Source: Alphaproteobacteria bacterium (lineage in GTDB: Bacteria; Pseudomonadota; Alphaproteobacteria; UBA7985). From it: DNA of 54,035 nucleotides. The position numbers and the translations under genes were made by a program. This document shows, one piece after another, positions 38,411-46,768 of this stretch (the first letter of the stretch is position 1; each line of letters opens with the position of its first letter). Under the pieces are notes generated by a model. That model worked only from the letters and a program-made list of their open reading frames with translations. It was not told where the DNA came from and did no database searches. The stretch is taken from NCBI GenBank assembly GCA_964228455.1, contig CAXQZM010000094.1, positions 1 to 54,035 on the forward strand. The letters run 5' to 3'.

Positions 38411-39277
38411 CTATTTCCCATTAACTAAGCGGTCATAATCTTCTGCCAATCCATGTGTAATTTGTCCAACTTGATACTGTATATCTTCGATTTGTCTGAC
38501 CGGGGTAACCTCGGCAGCTGTGCCGGTAAAGAATACTTCTGAGAAAGTCGGAAGCTCCTCTGGCATTATCGCTCTCTCAATAACCTCTAGCCCTTTATCC
38601 CTAGCTAAACCAATTACAGTCCTTCTTGTTATGCCATCCAAAAAGCAATCAGGTGTTGGCGTATGGATCGCCCCATCTCGAATAAAAAATATGTTTGCCC
38701 CAGTACCCTCAGCAACTTGACCACGCCAGTCTAACATCAATGCGTCGTCGCAGCCTTTTGCTTGCGCAGCTGATTTTGACATGGAACATATCATGTACAA
38801 CCCAGCAGCCTTTGCATCGTGAGGTGCGGTTACTGGATCTGGCCGTCGCCAATCGGCGATGCATAGTTTGAGCCCACGCATTTTATCTGCGAAGTAATTG
38901 CCCATGTCCCAGGTGGCAACAGCAACATGCACATCAATGCCATCCCGATCCACTGCCATCTTATTGGATCCGCACCAAGCAATAGGTCGAACGTAGCAGG
39001 TCGGGTGCCCCTCAGCTTCAACCGCTTCTTCGCAGGCGGCATTCAGTTCATCTAACGAGTAGGGTATTTCAAATCCTAGGATTTTAGCAGACTTGAGGAG
39101 GCGTTCATTGTGTTCTGATAGTTTGAACATTTTTCCGCCATAGGCACGGGTTCCTTCAAACACAGATGATCCATAGTGCAGCCCATGGGTAAGCACGTGG
39201 ACGTTTGCGTCGGTCCAATCAATTATTTTCCCATTCATCCAGAGTTTGTCTCCGCGCGTGTCAAATCCCATGGCCAT
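38411..39277 (-). CDS. ilvE: Branched-chain-amino-acid aminotransferase (class IV PLP fold)
   Basis: 288 aa. It contains HGLHYGSSVFEGTRAY, GTGANIFF, GITRRTV and FFTGTAAEVTPV. Confidence 0.92.
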   Translation of the reverse strand: MAMGFDTRGDKLWMNGKIIDWTDANVHVLTHGLHYGSSVFEGTRAYGGKMFKLSEHNERLLKSAKILGFEIPYSLDELNAACEEAVEAEGHPTCYVRPIAWCGSNKMAVDRDGIDVHVAVATWDMGNYFADKMRGLKLCIADWRRPDPVTAPHDAKAAGLYMICSMSKSAAQAKGCDDALMLDWRGQVAEGTGANIFFIRDGAIHTPTPDCFLDGITRRTVIGLARDKGLEVIERAIMPEELPTFSEVFFTGTAAEVTPVRQIEDIQYQVGQITHGLAEDYDRLVNGK

Positions 39278-39301
39278 ATCTCTCCTAATTCCTTATCGAA
39301 T

Positions 39302-39336
39302 CGCAGGTTATTTGTTGCATTCTCTGACGACCTGCG
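39302..39336. promoter_or_regulatory. Perfect 7-bp inverted repeat CGCAGGT-N21-ACCTGCG in the divergent ilvE/marR promoter region
   Basis: Read directly: CGCAGGT at 39302..39308 and ACCTGCG at 39330..39336. It ends 14 nt upstream of the MarR-type gene start. It is a candidate operator or 5'-UTR hairpin. Confidence 0.3.
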
Positions 39337-39350
39337 CTTAATGTGTCAAT

Positions 39351-39824
39351 ATGGCTGACATAAAGCGACAGGTAAACCCGCTTTTCTTACGTGATGGAGA
39401 CCTCCGTCAGGTTATGGAATTAATGTATTTTGCCTATCGTCGATTTACTGGCGAAGCTGACGGTATATTAGCTGAGAAGGGCTTGGGTCGGGCCCACCAC
39501 AGGGCGCTTTACTTTATAGGAAGACACCCAAGTATGACAGTTAAAGAGCTTTTAGAAATCCTCCAAATTACCAAGCAATCGCTCGCGCGCGTGCTTAAAG
39601 CGCTAATTGAAAAGGGCCTGGTTTTAAGCCAAGAAGGAGACCAGGATCGGCGGGAGCGTTGGCTTACGCTAACAGCTAAAGGCGAAGAGCTTGAAGCAGA
39701 TGTGGCTCAAGCTCAGATGCGGCTCTTAAGAGAGACATTTCTAAGCGAGGGTCCGCGTTCGGTAGAGGGATTCCGCAGCGTTATGATGGGTTTCCTACCT
39801 GTTGATGAGCGCATGCGCTTTTAG
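39351..39824 (+). CDS. MarR-family transcriptional regulator
   Basis: 157 aa. It has a winged-helix core (GRAHHRALYFIGRHPSMTVKELLEILQITKQSLARVLKALIEKGLV...DRRERWLTLTAKG). Confidence 0.85.
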   Translation: MADIKRQVNPLFLRDGDLRQVMELMYFAYRRFTGEADGILAEKGLGRAHHRALYFIGRHPSMTVKELLEILQITKQSLARVLKALIEKGLVLSQEGDQDRRERWLTLTAKGEELEADVAQAQMRLLRETFLSEGPRSVEGFRSVMMGFLPVDERMRF

Positions 39825-39859
39825 TAACGCACCCTATATATACAGTCTCTTTTCCTATT

Positions 39860-40372
39860 TTACATATCACCTTCAATGGCTAGCATATAAAACTCCGGCA
39901 TCCCCTCGTCGCCATAGCTTTCTGACTTTTCTGGTGGCTTGCTTAAGAAGATAGCACAAGGAGTTTCGGCTATTCCCGACCACCAATGAGCCAGGCTAGA
40001 TTGCCCAGGAAATAGGATAGGCATGGTGTTTGATGGGTCAAATACAGCAAATAGTATTAAATCCGCGCCCGCCTCGGCCAATAACATTGCCTTATGCTTA
40101 TCTTGTGCGATTCCTACTAGCTGGGCATCGGGAGTGCTTTTACGGAGGCTTTTCAATAGTGCGACGTCTGTTGTCCAATATCCATCGCTATCACCTGGAG
40201 CGTTTAATGGTGTTTTAATAAGCGGAACTTCAGCTGCATCTGCGAGACACTGCCATTCTTCTGCTGTATTTTCTGCTTCGCACGTTAATAATATAGCGCC
40301 TACATCGACTGGTAGCATCGATGCTTTAGAAGAATTGGTGATAAGCGCAATAAAGGGATTTGGGTTCATCAT
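39860..40372 (-). CDS. Hypothetical protein with degenerate ThiE/TenI-like (thiamine-phosphate synthase fold) pattern
   Basis: The ATG at 40372 is preceded by GAAGGA. By eye the order FIALIT / VGAILL / PLIKTP.N / LVGIA....A..AEAGADLILF / CAIF mirrors ThiE strands. The usual HLGQ.D and phosphate-binding GG motifs are absent, so the family call is weak. Confidence 0.4.
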   Translation of the reverse strand: MMNPNPFIALITNSSKASMLPVDVGAILLTCEAENTAEEWQCLADAAEVPLIKTPLNAPGDSDGYWTTDVALLKSLRKSTPDAQLVGIAQDKHKAMLLAEAGADLILFAVFDPSNTMPILFPGQSSLAHWWSGIAETPCAIFLSKPPEKSESYGDEGMPEFYMLAIEGDM

Positions 40373-40438
40373 TTTTCCTTCGCACAAGCATTGCAAATTT
40401 TCCATGGACAGATTTGTTAGGCGTGGTCAAAGGACACC

Positions 40439-41317
40439 ATGCTCCGCAACCCTTTGCTTTTTGGAATATTTCTATTTTTGCTTGCAAATATTGGCTTCGC
40501 GCTAACAGATGCATCCGCAAAATGGCTCATGCAAGCGTTAGGAATTCTGCCATTTTATATGATAGCATTCCGTTTTTTGACTGGTCAAATCAGCTCTATG
40601 GTTATTGGCGCGGCATTGGCAGGACCTAGGGTTTGGCAGACTTCTTCACCATGGCTTCACATAGTTCGTTCTGCGATCATGGCCTCAACAACTCTTACTA
40701 ATTTCTGGGCGGTCTATTACCTCGATTTAACCACAACAATTACAATTATGTTCTCTGCACCTTTTATGGTGACTATAATGGCGTGGCTTTTTCTTGGTGA
40801 AAAAGTTGGAATTCATCGTATTATTGCAGTGGGGATGGGCTTTGTAGGTGTGTTGGTCGTAATTAACCCTAGTAATACAACTTTTCACTGGGCAATGTTT
40901 ATCTCTATTGGGACGGCTTTTGCAATAGCAGCGCTATCTATAATTACACGATATGGAACCACTCAGGATACACTTGGAACTCAGGCTTTTTACACAACAT
41001 TAGTCGGTGCTGTGATTTGTTCCCCCTTTCTTTTTGTATTGGATAGCCCTTTGCCACCATCTATTTGGGAATGGTTCATTTTCGTTTCAGTTGGTGCCAT
41101 ATTCGGAACCGGCGGGCATTTTCTAAATGTAGCTGCGCATCGTTTTGCTCCTGCCGCTGTGCTTGCTCCAATAATCTATACCCAAATAATCTGGATGGCG
41201 CTTGCTCAGTACTTAATTGACGGCAGACTTCCCGGATGGAACACCCTATTTGGTGCGCTGATCATTATTAGTTCAGGTTTATACTTGTGGTATCGCAGTC
41301 GACTAAACCAAGCCTAA
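40439..41317 (+). CDS. DMT-superfamily (EamA-like) transporter
   Basis: 292 aa with 10 predicted TM segments in two EamA-like halves. The N-terminal pattern is LANIGFALTDASAKWL. Confidence 0.8.
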   Translation: MLRNPLLFGIFLFLLANIGFALTDASAKWLMQALGILPFYMIAFRFLTGQISSMVIGAALAGPRVWQTSSPWLHIVRSAIMASTTLTNFWAVYYLDLTTTITIMFSAPFMVTIMAWLFLGEKVGIHRIIAVGMGFVGVLVVINPSNTTFHWAMFISIGTAFAIAALSIITRYGTTQDTLGTQAFYTTLVGAVICSPFLFVLDSPLPPSIWEWFIFVSVGAIFGTGGHFLNVAAHRFAPAAVLAPIIYTQIIWMALAQYLIDGRLPGWNTLFGALIIISSGLYLWYRSRLNQA

Positions 41318-41611
41318 GTAGCGGCTTAGAGCCACCGCGCACATACCTAAGAGCATCGCCAATAGAGATCGACCAGTCAAAATAGTAATAAGGCCAACTA
41401 TAAGTCCGCTTGTTGCACCAATCCAACCAAGCTCCCACAAAGTAGGTGCGAGAAGAGAAACTAGGACAAGTCCAGGTAATCTGTCCAAGACATATCCTGA
41501 GCGCCCATGACGTGGCAGAAACCTGCCTATAAGATAACCACCGAGACGGAAACCAAAAAAAGTGATCGTGGTCATTCCTAGAATAAGCCAGGCAGCATAC
41601 GACGAGAACAC
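41303..41611 (-). CDS. azlD: Branched-chain amino acid exporter small subunit AzlD
   Basis: 102 aa with 3-4 TM segments. It lies immediately downstream of, and abutting, an AzlC-like gene. Confidence 0.78.
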   Translation of the reverse strand: MFSSYAAWLILGMTTITFFGFRLGGYLIGRFLPRHGRSGYVLDRLPGLVLVSLLAPTLWELGWIGATSGLIVGLITILTGRSLLAMLLGMCAVALSRYLGLV

Positions 41612-42337
41612 TTAATTTACCTCTACAATGGTTTTATCGAGCTTATCTGCGAACGATAGCGCCGCAATTATACAGCCCGCTAAAGTCCCTCCAAGGATAT
41701 AAAAGTTTTGAAAATCTGTATCTTCAGGAATTAGCTCTGAGAAGCCGATCGCAGCGCATGCTGCGACCAGCATGGGGAGCCAGTCTATTGAGGATTTAAC
41801 AAATGAGAGGGCGAGAGCTAAAAAGATTGCAGGAAAAGCAAAGTCAAAACCAAACGCTTTAATAAGTGATGTGGGATCTGGGAGATTGGCGCCAATAGAA
41901 AAACCAATTTGTCCACCTAATTGCCAACATGCGAGTACTGCCATCCCCGAACCCAATAGAAACCCTGTTCCTGTACTAAGGTTATTCGCTCTCCGAGCGA
42001 GTGTCAGTGCCCAGTTTTCATCTGCGGCGTACCAAAGCGCAATTATTCGAAGAGGCCAAGGAGATTTGTTTAAAATTGGCCTTAAGGTTAGCCCCACCAT
42101 TATGTATCTTAGATTTATCGCAGCAGTTGCAATTAGAAGTAGCCAGATCGGGCTACCCCATGCTTCCACAACGACGATCTGAGAGGCTCCAGCAAACACG
42201 GCAAAGGATTTGACCATTAGCTCTAGCCAGGTGATATTTTGAGTGGCAGCTTGTATGCCCATTACAAGGCCATAAACGCCGACAGCTGCTGAAACGGGCA
42301 ATCCAACCCAAAAACCCAAGATAAAGTTACGAAACAT
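41612..42337 (-). CDS. azlC: Branched-chain amino acid exporter AzlC-family permease
   Basis: 241 aa polytopic protein. It has the motif FAVFAGASQIVVVE typical of AzlC and is paired with azlD. Confidence 0.8.
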   Translation of the reverse strand: MFRNFILGFWVGLPVSAAVGVYGLVMGIQAATQNITWLELMVKSFAVFAGASQIVVVEAWGSPIWLLLIATAAINLRYIMVGLTLRPILNKSPWPLRIIALWYAADENWALTLARRANNLSTGTGFLLGSGMAVLACWQLGGQIGFSIGANLPDPTSLIKAFGFDFAFPAIFLALALSFVKSSIDWLPMLVAACAAIGFSELIPEDTDFQNFYILGGTLAGCIIAALSFADKLDKTIVEVN

Positions 42338-42382
42338 TCTCGTGCTTTAGTCTTGTTCGCATCAAAACCTAGTCATTTTTTA

Positions 42383-42408
42383 GTAAGTAAGTAAGTATGT
42401 ATGTAAGT
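42383..42408. repeat. Short tetranucleotide tract (GTAA)3(GTAT)2GTAAGT
   Basis: Read directly: gtaagtaagtaagtatgtatgtaagt. It lies in the 93-nt divergent spacer between azlC and the LysR-type gene, 22 nt upstream of the LysR ATG and just before its AGGAGG RBS. Confidence 0.9.
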
Positions 42409-42430
42409 TGAGTGAGATAGGAGGACTAAT

Positions 42431-43321
42431 ATGGACTGGGATAAAATTCGTATTTTTTACGCGGTGGCAAAAGCCGGGTCGTTTACTCATGCAGGAGAGG
42501 CGTTACACTTATCTCAATCTGCTATTTCGCGGCAAATTTCTGGACTTGAAGAGAGTCTAAAAGCTAGCCTTTTTCATCGTCACGCAAGAGGCCTTATTCT
42601 AACCGAGCAAGGAGAAATATTATACCGGGCTGCTCATGAAGTTTACGGCGCTGTCACTCAAGCCCAAGAGGAGCTTAACGCAGCAAAAGGCAAGCCAACG
42701 GGAGTTTTAAAAGTTACCACAACTATAGCGCTGGGAGAGACGGTGGTAGCGCCGTTAGTAGATAAGTTTTTGACCCTATACCCCAGTATACATTTAGATC
42801 TGATTTTATCTGATACTCCGTTGGACCTCTCAATGCGAGAAGCCGATGTTGCTATTCGGCTAACTGAACCCAGACAGCCAGATTTAATCCGACGCTTCCT
42901 ATTTAGTGCTCACGTGCACTTGTATGCAAGTGAGAAGTACCTCCAAACGCACGGTACTCCGCAAACGCTTAGAGACCTAGATGATCACCAAATTCTTTGC
43001 TATGGTAACCAAACTCGTCCTCCAGTTCCAAATCTAAATTGGCTAGTCGGCGCTGGTCGCGAGGGACTTGGCCCAAGAACCCCAGCTCTAACAATTAATA
43101 ATTTGATAGCTTTGCGACGAGCAGTTGCCACAGGTGCAGGTATAGCTAGTCTGCCTGATTATTTGATAACTGACGATCTTCAGCTGGTCCGCGTGATGCC
43201 TGAAGTAGAAGCGCCAAAAATTGATATCTTTTATGCTTATCCCGAAGAATTGCGTAACTCTCAGAAGGTCATTGCTTTTCGAGATTTCTTTCTATCCAAC
43301 GTAAGCCAAGAGGACTTTTGA
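42431..43321 (+). CDS. LysR-family transcriptional regulator
   Basis: 296 aa. It has an N-terminal HTH (FYAVAKAGSFTHAGEALHLSQSAISRQISGLEESL) and a LysR substrate-binding domain. It is divergent from azlCD. Confidence 0.9.
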   Translation: MDWDKIRIFYAVAKAGSFTHAGEALHLSQSAISRQISGLEESLKASLFHRHARGLILTEQGEILYRAAHEVYGAVTQAQEELNAAKGKPTGVLKVTTTIALGETVVAPLVDKFLTLYPSIHLDLILSDTPLDLSMREADVAIRLTEPRQPDLIRRFLFSAHVHLYASEKYLQTHGTPQTLRDLDDHQILCYGNQTRPPVPNLNWLVGAGREGLGPRTPALTINNLIALRRAVATGAGIASLPDYLITDDLQLVRVMPEVEAPKIDIFYAYPEELRNSQKVIAFRDFFLSNVSQEDF

Positions 43322-43439
43322 GCTAGTATCTTTCTATAATTTGCAAAGTTAAACCCGCATATGAGTGATATGCAGGTTTTGCATGTCGGATTTGCATAAA
43401 TAGACCTAGTTTCCAGAGATTTGCAAACCTACTTCTTTT

Positions 43440-43537
43440 GTATCAAGACACCTCCTTGATTAAGAGGGTTAGGCCACCTCTATTCTCCTCCCTCCTTAAA
43501 ACGGTCCCAAGCCCGGCTTTTGCCGGGCTTTTTCTTT
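43440..43537 (+). ncRNA. Candidate small RNA with CU-rich anti-Shine-Dalgarno-like tracts ending in an intrinsic terminator (5' end not determined)
   Basis: There is no ORF here. A hairpin ATCAAG-acaCCUC-CTTGAT (43442..43460) is followed by the tract TTCTCCTCCCTCCTT (43483..43497) and then the terminator at 43509..43537. No convincing promoter was identified by eye. Confidence 0.35.
43509..43537 (+). terminator. Rho-independent terminator
   Basis: AAGCCCGGC-tttt-GCCGGGCTT is a perfect 9-bp stem, followed by TTTTTCTTT on the + strand. It lies 188 nt after the LysR-type stop and 106 nt beyond the convergent purH stop. Confidence 0.8.
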
Positions 43538-43642
43538 AGTGGCTTTTAAGAGGCCTACAAAACGCGCTGGTAGCGATAGAAAACTAAGTCCAAATTTTTT
43601 AAAGACTGCTGAATATTTTGGATTTTGAGTTCTTACTTCAGG

Positions 43643-45148
43643 TTAATGCCTAAAATGGCGAATGCCTGTAAAAACCATAGCCAGTCCCGCTTTATCGGCG
43701 GCTGTAATTACTTCATTATCTCGCATCGACCCTCCAGGTTGTACAACAGCGCTTGCGCCAGATTCAATCGCAACTTCCAGACCATCAGCAAACGGGAAGA
43801 ATGCATCTGATGCTACGACACATCCTGCTGTATCTAATCCTGCGTCACGTGCTTTCCACTGGGCAATTCGCGCCGCATCAACACGGCTCATCTGCCCAGC
43901 CCCAATTCCCAATGTTTGCCCATTTTTTGCTAAGATGATCGCATTGGATTTGGTGTGCTTGGCAACGGTGAAAGCGAAGAGGAGGTCATCAATTTGAAAT
44001 TCTGACGGTGTAAGCTTCGTTGTAGTGCGAAGATCTTCGCGATTTACTGTGCGATAATCAAAGCTTTGTCGCAATGTAGCCCCACCAAGAGTTCGATAAG
44101 ACCAAGGGGCATTGGGTCGAGGTCCTGAAGGCACTAGAAGTAAACGGACATTTGGCTTTTTAGAAAACACTGCCCTCGCCTCTTTGCTGATACTAGGCGC
44201 AAGCACTACTTCTACAAACATGCTATTTATCGCTTCTGCAGTAGCTTTATCTAGTTCTGCCGATAGTGCAATCACACCGCCAAATGCAGAGACGGGGTCG
44301 CAAGCTTTTGCTGCCTTGAAGGCTTGCAGCAAGTTTTCTCCCCGAGCGGCTCCACATGGGTTGTTGTGTTTGACTATTACGGCATTAATTCCAGCTAAAT
44401 CTTGGCAAAGTTCCCAGGCGGAATCGGCATCTAGATAGTTGTTATAAGATAGCTCCTTTCCTTGAAGCTGATTAGCATGTGCTGCACAATTCAACTTAGT
44501 GCCTGCATTTTTCAGTAATTTCGCCTTTTGATGGGGATTTTCACCATACCGAAGGGCTACTTCGTTTTCTTCCGAAAGCCAGCTGTTAACCATCCTGTCA
44601 TATTCGGCTGTGTGCCCGAATGCACGGGCTGCAAAAGGTTTCCTCAGTGTATTTATGGTATCCGTATCCAAAGCTCTTAAGACTTCGGGGAATTGATCAG
44701 GACTTATAATCGGCAGTACATTTGCATGATTTTTAGCGGATGCTCTCAGCATCGCGGGTCCCCCGATGTCGATGTTTTCAATACAGGAATTAAAGTCTGA
44801 TCCAGAATCAACAGTTTTAGCGAATGGATAAAGGTTTAGTACGAGTAAACTAAACCCGGAGATATTATGCTGTTTCATGGTCTCAAGATGGTCGGCTCGC
44901 CGACGATCGCCTAATAACCCACCGTGGATGATTGGATGCAGGGTTTTGACGCGTCCATCTAGTATCTCAGGAAAGCCAGTAAGTGTCTCCACTGCCGTTA
45001 CCGCTAAACCAGAATCTTTCAAAAACTTACATGTGCCGCCGGTCGATACAAGCTCAAAGCCACGATCAACTAGATTTCTAGCGAAATCCGCAACGCCTGT
45101 TTTGTCTGAAACAGAAATCAATGCGCGCTTAGGGGTGAGCATATTCAT
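43643..45148 (-). CDS. purH: Bifunctional AICAR transformylase / IMP cyclohydrolase
   Basis: I prefer the ATG at 45148, which forms an ATGA overlap with the upstream gene's stop; the track start is 45178. It has the MGS-like domain RALISVSDKTG and contains KTLHP.IHGGLL and a C-terminal AICARFT domain ending TGIRHFRH. Confidence 0.95.
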   Translation of the reverse strand: MNMLTPKRALISVSDKTGVADFARNLVDRGFELVSTGGTCKFLKDSGLAVTAVETLTGFPEILDGRVKTLHPIIHGGLLGDRRRADHLETMKQHNISGFSLLVLNLYPFAKTVDSGSDFNSCIENIDIGGPAMLRASAKNHANVLPIISPDQFPEVLRALDTDTINTLRKPFAARAFGHTAEYDRMVNSWLSEENEVALRYGENPHQKAKLLKNAGTKLNCAAHANQLQGKELSYNNYLDADSAWELCQDLAGINAVIVKHNNPCGAARGENLLQAFKAAKACDPVSAFGGVIALSAELDKATAEAINSMFVEVVLAPSISKEARAVFSKKPNVRLLLVPSGPRPNAPWSYRTLGGATLRQSFDYRTVNREDLRTTTKLTPSEFQIDDLLFAFTVAKHTKSNAIILAKNGQTLGIGAGQMSRVDAARIAQWKARDAGLDTAGCVVASDAFFPFADGLEVAIESGASAVVQPGGSMRDNEVITAADKAGLAMVFTGIRHFRH

Positions 45149-46731
45149 CTTGTCGATCCTTCTTGGGAAAAACGCCACTTCATGGCGCAGTCTTCGGGTT
45201 CTAGCCCTTCATATTGTGGCGATAAAATAAGTTGTTGAGATCTAAGAGGTTCTCCGACCTCACTTGCTACAACAGAATCACTTATTTGAAGAAGAGCACC
45301 TTGGGCATCGAATCGCCAGCCACGTTCACGAGCAGACAGCCTTATCAGTGCGGTGCGGCGGGTTTGAGTAATTTCAGCGGAAACGCCAGGATTAAGGTGA
45401 AATCTTACAACAGGTGTTCCGTGGTCATTACCTTCAAGCCTATCTTCACCGCTCAACACAAGGCCATCATAACGAAGAGAGAGAGTTCTGTAATGAGTTC
45501 CACCGCCTATATCAGCATAGCCATTATGGCTCAAAGATATGTGATATCCGCTTGAATCCTCAATTTGTCGGCTTTGAATCTGGGTAGGATGTCGGCCGAT
45601 TTGCCCATCTGGAGACAAGTCTGAGGAGTTCCTGTTATCCCAGGTTAAAGTCGAGTGTGCGGCGGTGGTTCTTTGGAGCTGCTGCCACTCGGAACCCACA
45701 TCAAAATTACCACAATTGGTAACGAGTCGCACTGATCCAATAGATAATTCAAATGCTAAAGTTCCAGCATGGATTCCACTTGGGCCCGGCTTGCCCTTTG
45801 GGATTCCAGCGTCAACAAGCAAAAGAGTTCGACCCGCCTTAAATCGATGGAAGCCTGCATTGCCAATTTTTCCTGCTGCAGGGGTTTTACCACCATCAGC
45901 CCGTTCTAATGCGTCTTGAATTAATTTTGAGCTCAACAGTGGCTCTCCCTGAAAACGAGCAAGTCGACCGTCACCTTGCAGCAACTGCCGTGCAGACCCC
46001 GCTAGTCTGGAAAGTGCAGTGTTAAGCCAATTTGGTATTTCTGAGCCGCCTAAAACTAGCGCGGCCCGGATATCCAGCAGGTCAAGAAGCACTCGCATTT
46101 GGCTTTGCGGACTCCTCTCTTGATAACTTCCGTCTTCACCTACTTGCTTATAAAGAGTGGTTTCAAGATTTCTCAACGCAACAGTTATCGCGACCCCCGA
46201 ACCAGGTAGACATAGGCCTACGATTATAAGTGCTTTGAGACACCTTATTAACTCACTACCACTTAGCCTCCCGGGAACCGTGCGTTTTAAAAATGCGTAT
46301 TGTTGAGCCGCTGACTGCAAAACTATGCGCTGCAGAGTAGGGTCAGCGGTCGAACTAAGAAAATCAAAATGTGCCATCCACTGAGTCAATCTTGTAGCGA
46401 CGACCACCGGATGCCACGACTTTAATTGATATCTCCGATGGTCTGCTACCCATCGAGCAGTGAGTGCCCGAGCTGTATTTTTTGCATTTGTATCATTTGA
46501 GGCGCGGAGGTCGTCTAACCAGTTAAATCCGTGCAAGCGGTCAAGCCACGTTGATTCAACTCCTGACGGATACCAGGTGCTTTTAGTCATATCTACCTGA
46601 TGCCCAGAAAAGGTGAATAAGCCCTTCGTTAGACGATTGCCTGATCTCCCATCGCCGGCCCAGAGTTTCTTTGGCTGAATTAAAGGGAATGCACGGGCTC
46701 TCTGGCCGAAAAACCTATGGTTCAACGGCAA
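45145..46731 (-). CDS. Heparinase II/III-like family protein (function unknown in this context)
   Basis: 528 aa with a TTG start. The protein has a large alpha/beta architecture. As I remember it, alphaproteobacteria carry an ORF annotated heparinase II/III-like directly upstream of purH; the call rests on position, size and general resemblance. Confidence 0.6.
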   Translation of the reverse strand: MPLNHRFFGQRARAFPLIQPKKLWAGDGRSGNRLTKGLFTFSGHQVDMTKSTWYPSGVESTWLDRLHGFNWLDDLRASNDTNAKNTARALTARWVADHRRYQLKSWHPVVVATRLTQWMAHFDFLSSTADPTLQRIVLQSAAQQYAFLKRTVPGRLSGSELIRCLKALIIVGLCLPGSGVAITVALRNLETTLYKQVGEDGSYQERSPQSQMRVLLDLLDIRAALVLGGSEIPNWLNTALSRLAGSARQLLQGDGRLARFQGEPLLSSKLIQDALERADGGKTPAAGKIGNAGFHRFKAGRTLLLVDAGIPKGKPGPSGIHAGTLAFELSIGSVRLVTNCGNFDVGSEWQQLQRTTAAHSTLTWDNRNSSDLSPDGQIGRHPTQIQSRQIEDSSGYHISLSHNGYADIGGGTHYRTLSLRYDGLVLSGEDRLEGNDHGTPVVRFHLNPGVSAEITQTRRTALIRLSARERGWRFDAQGALLQISDSVVASEVGEPLRSQQLILSPQYEGLEPEDCAMKWRFSQEGSTR

Positions 46732-46768
46732 ACGAAATACTAGAGTGCGAAGTAAAGTTAGCAGAGAA

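Noticed and set aside
38284-38424. Small 46-codon + strand ORF (MLKFIAVAHFWRAIWLNLLVEANILTFRIRTLAAFIYGTWSGTISH) in the ogt-ilvE spacer.
   Set aside because: It has no convincing RBS, it overlaps the ilvE 3' end, and its composition is unremarkable. Conservation or ribosome profiling would be needed to call it a gene.
46732-46768. Possible ZTP (pfl) riboswitch upstream of the heparinase-like/purH unit.
   Set aside because: Only 37 nt of spacer exist upstream of the unit, and purH itself overlaps the preceding gene. There is no room for a riboswitch aptamer.
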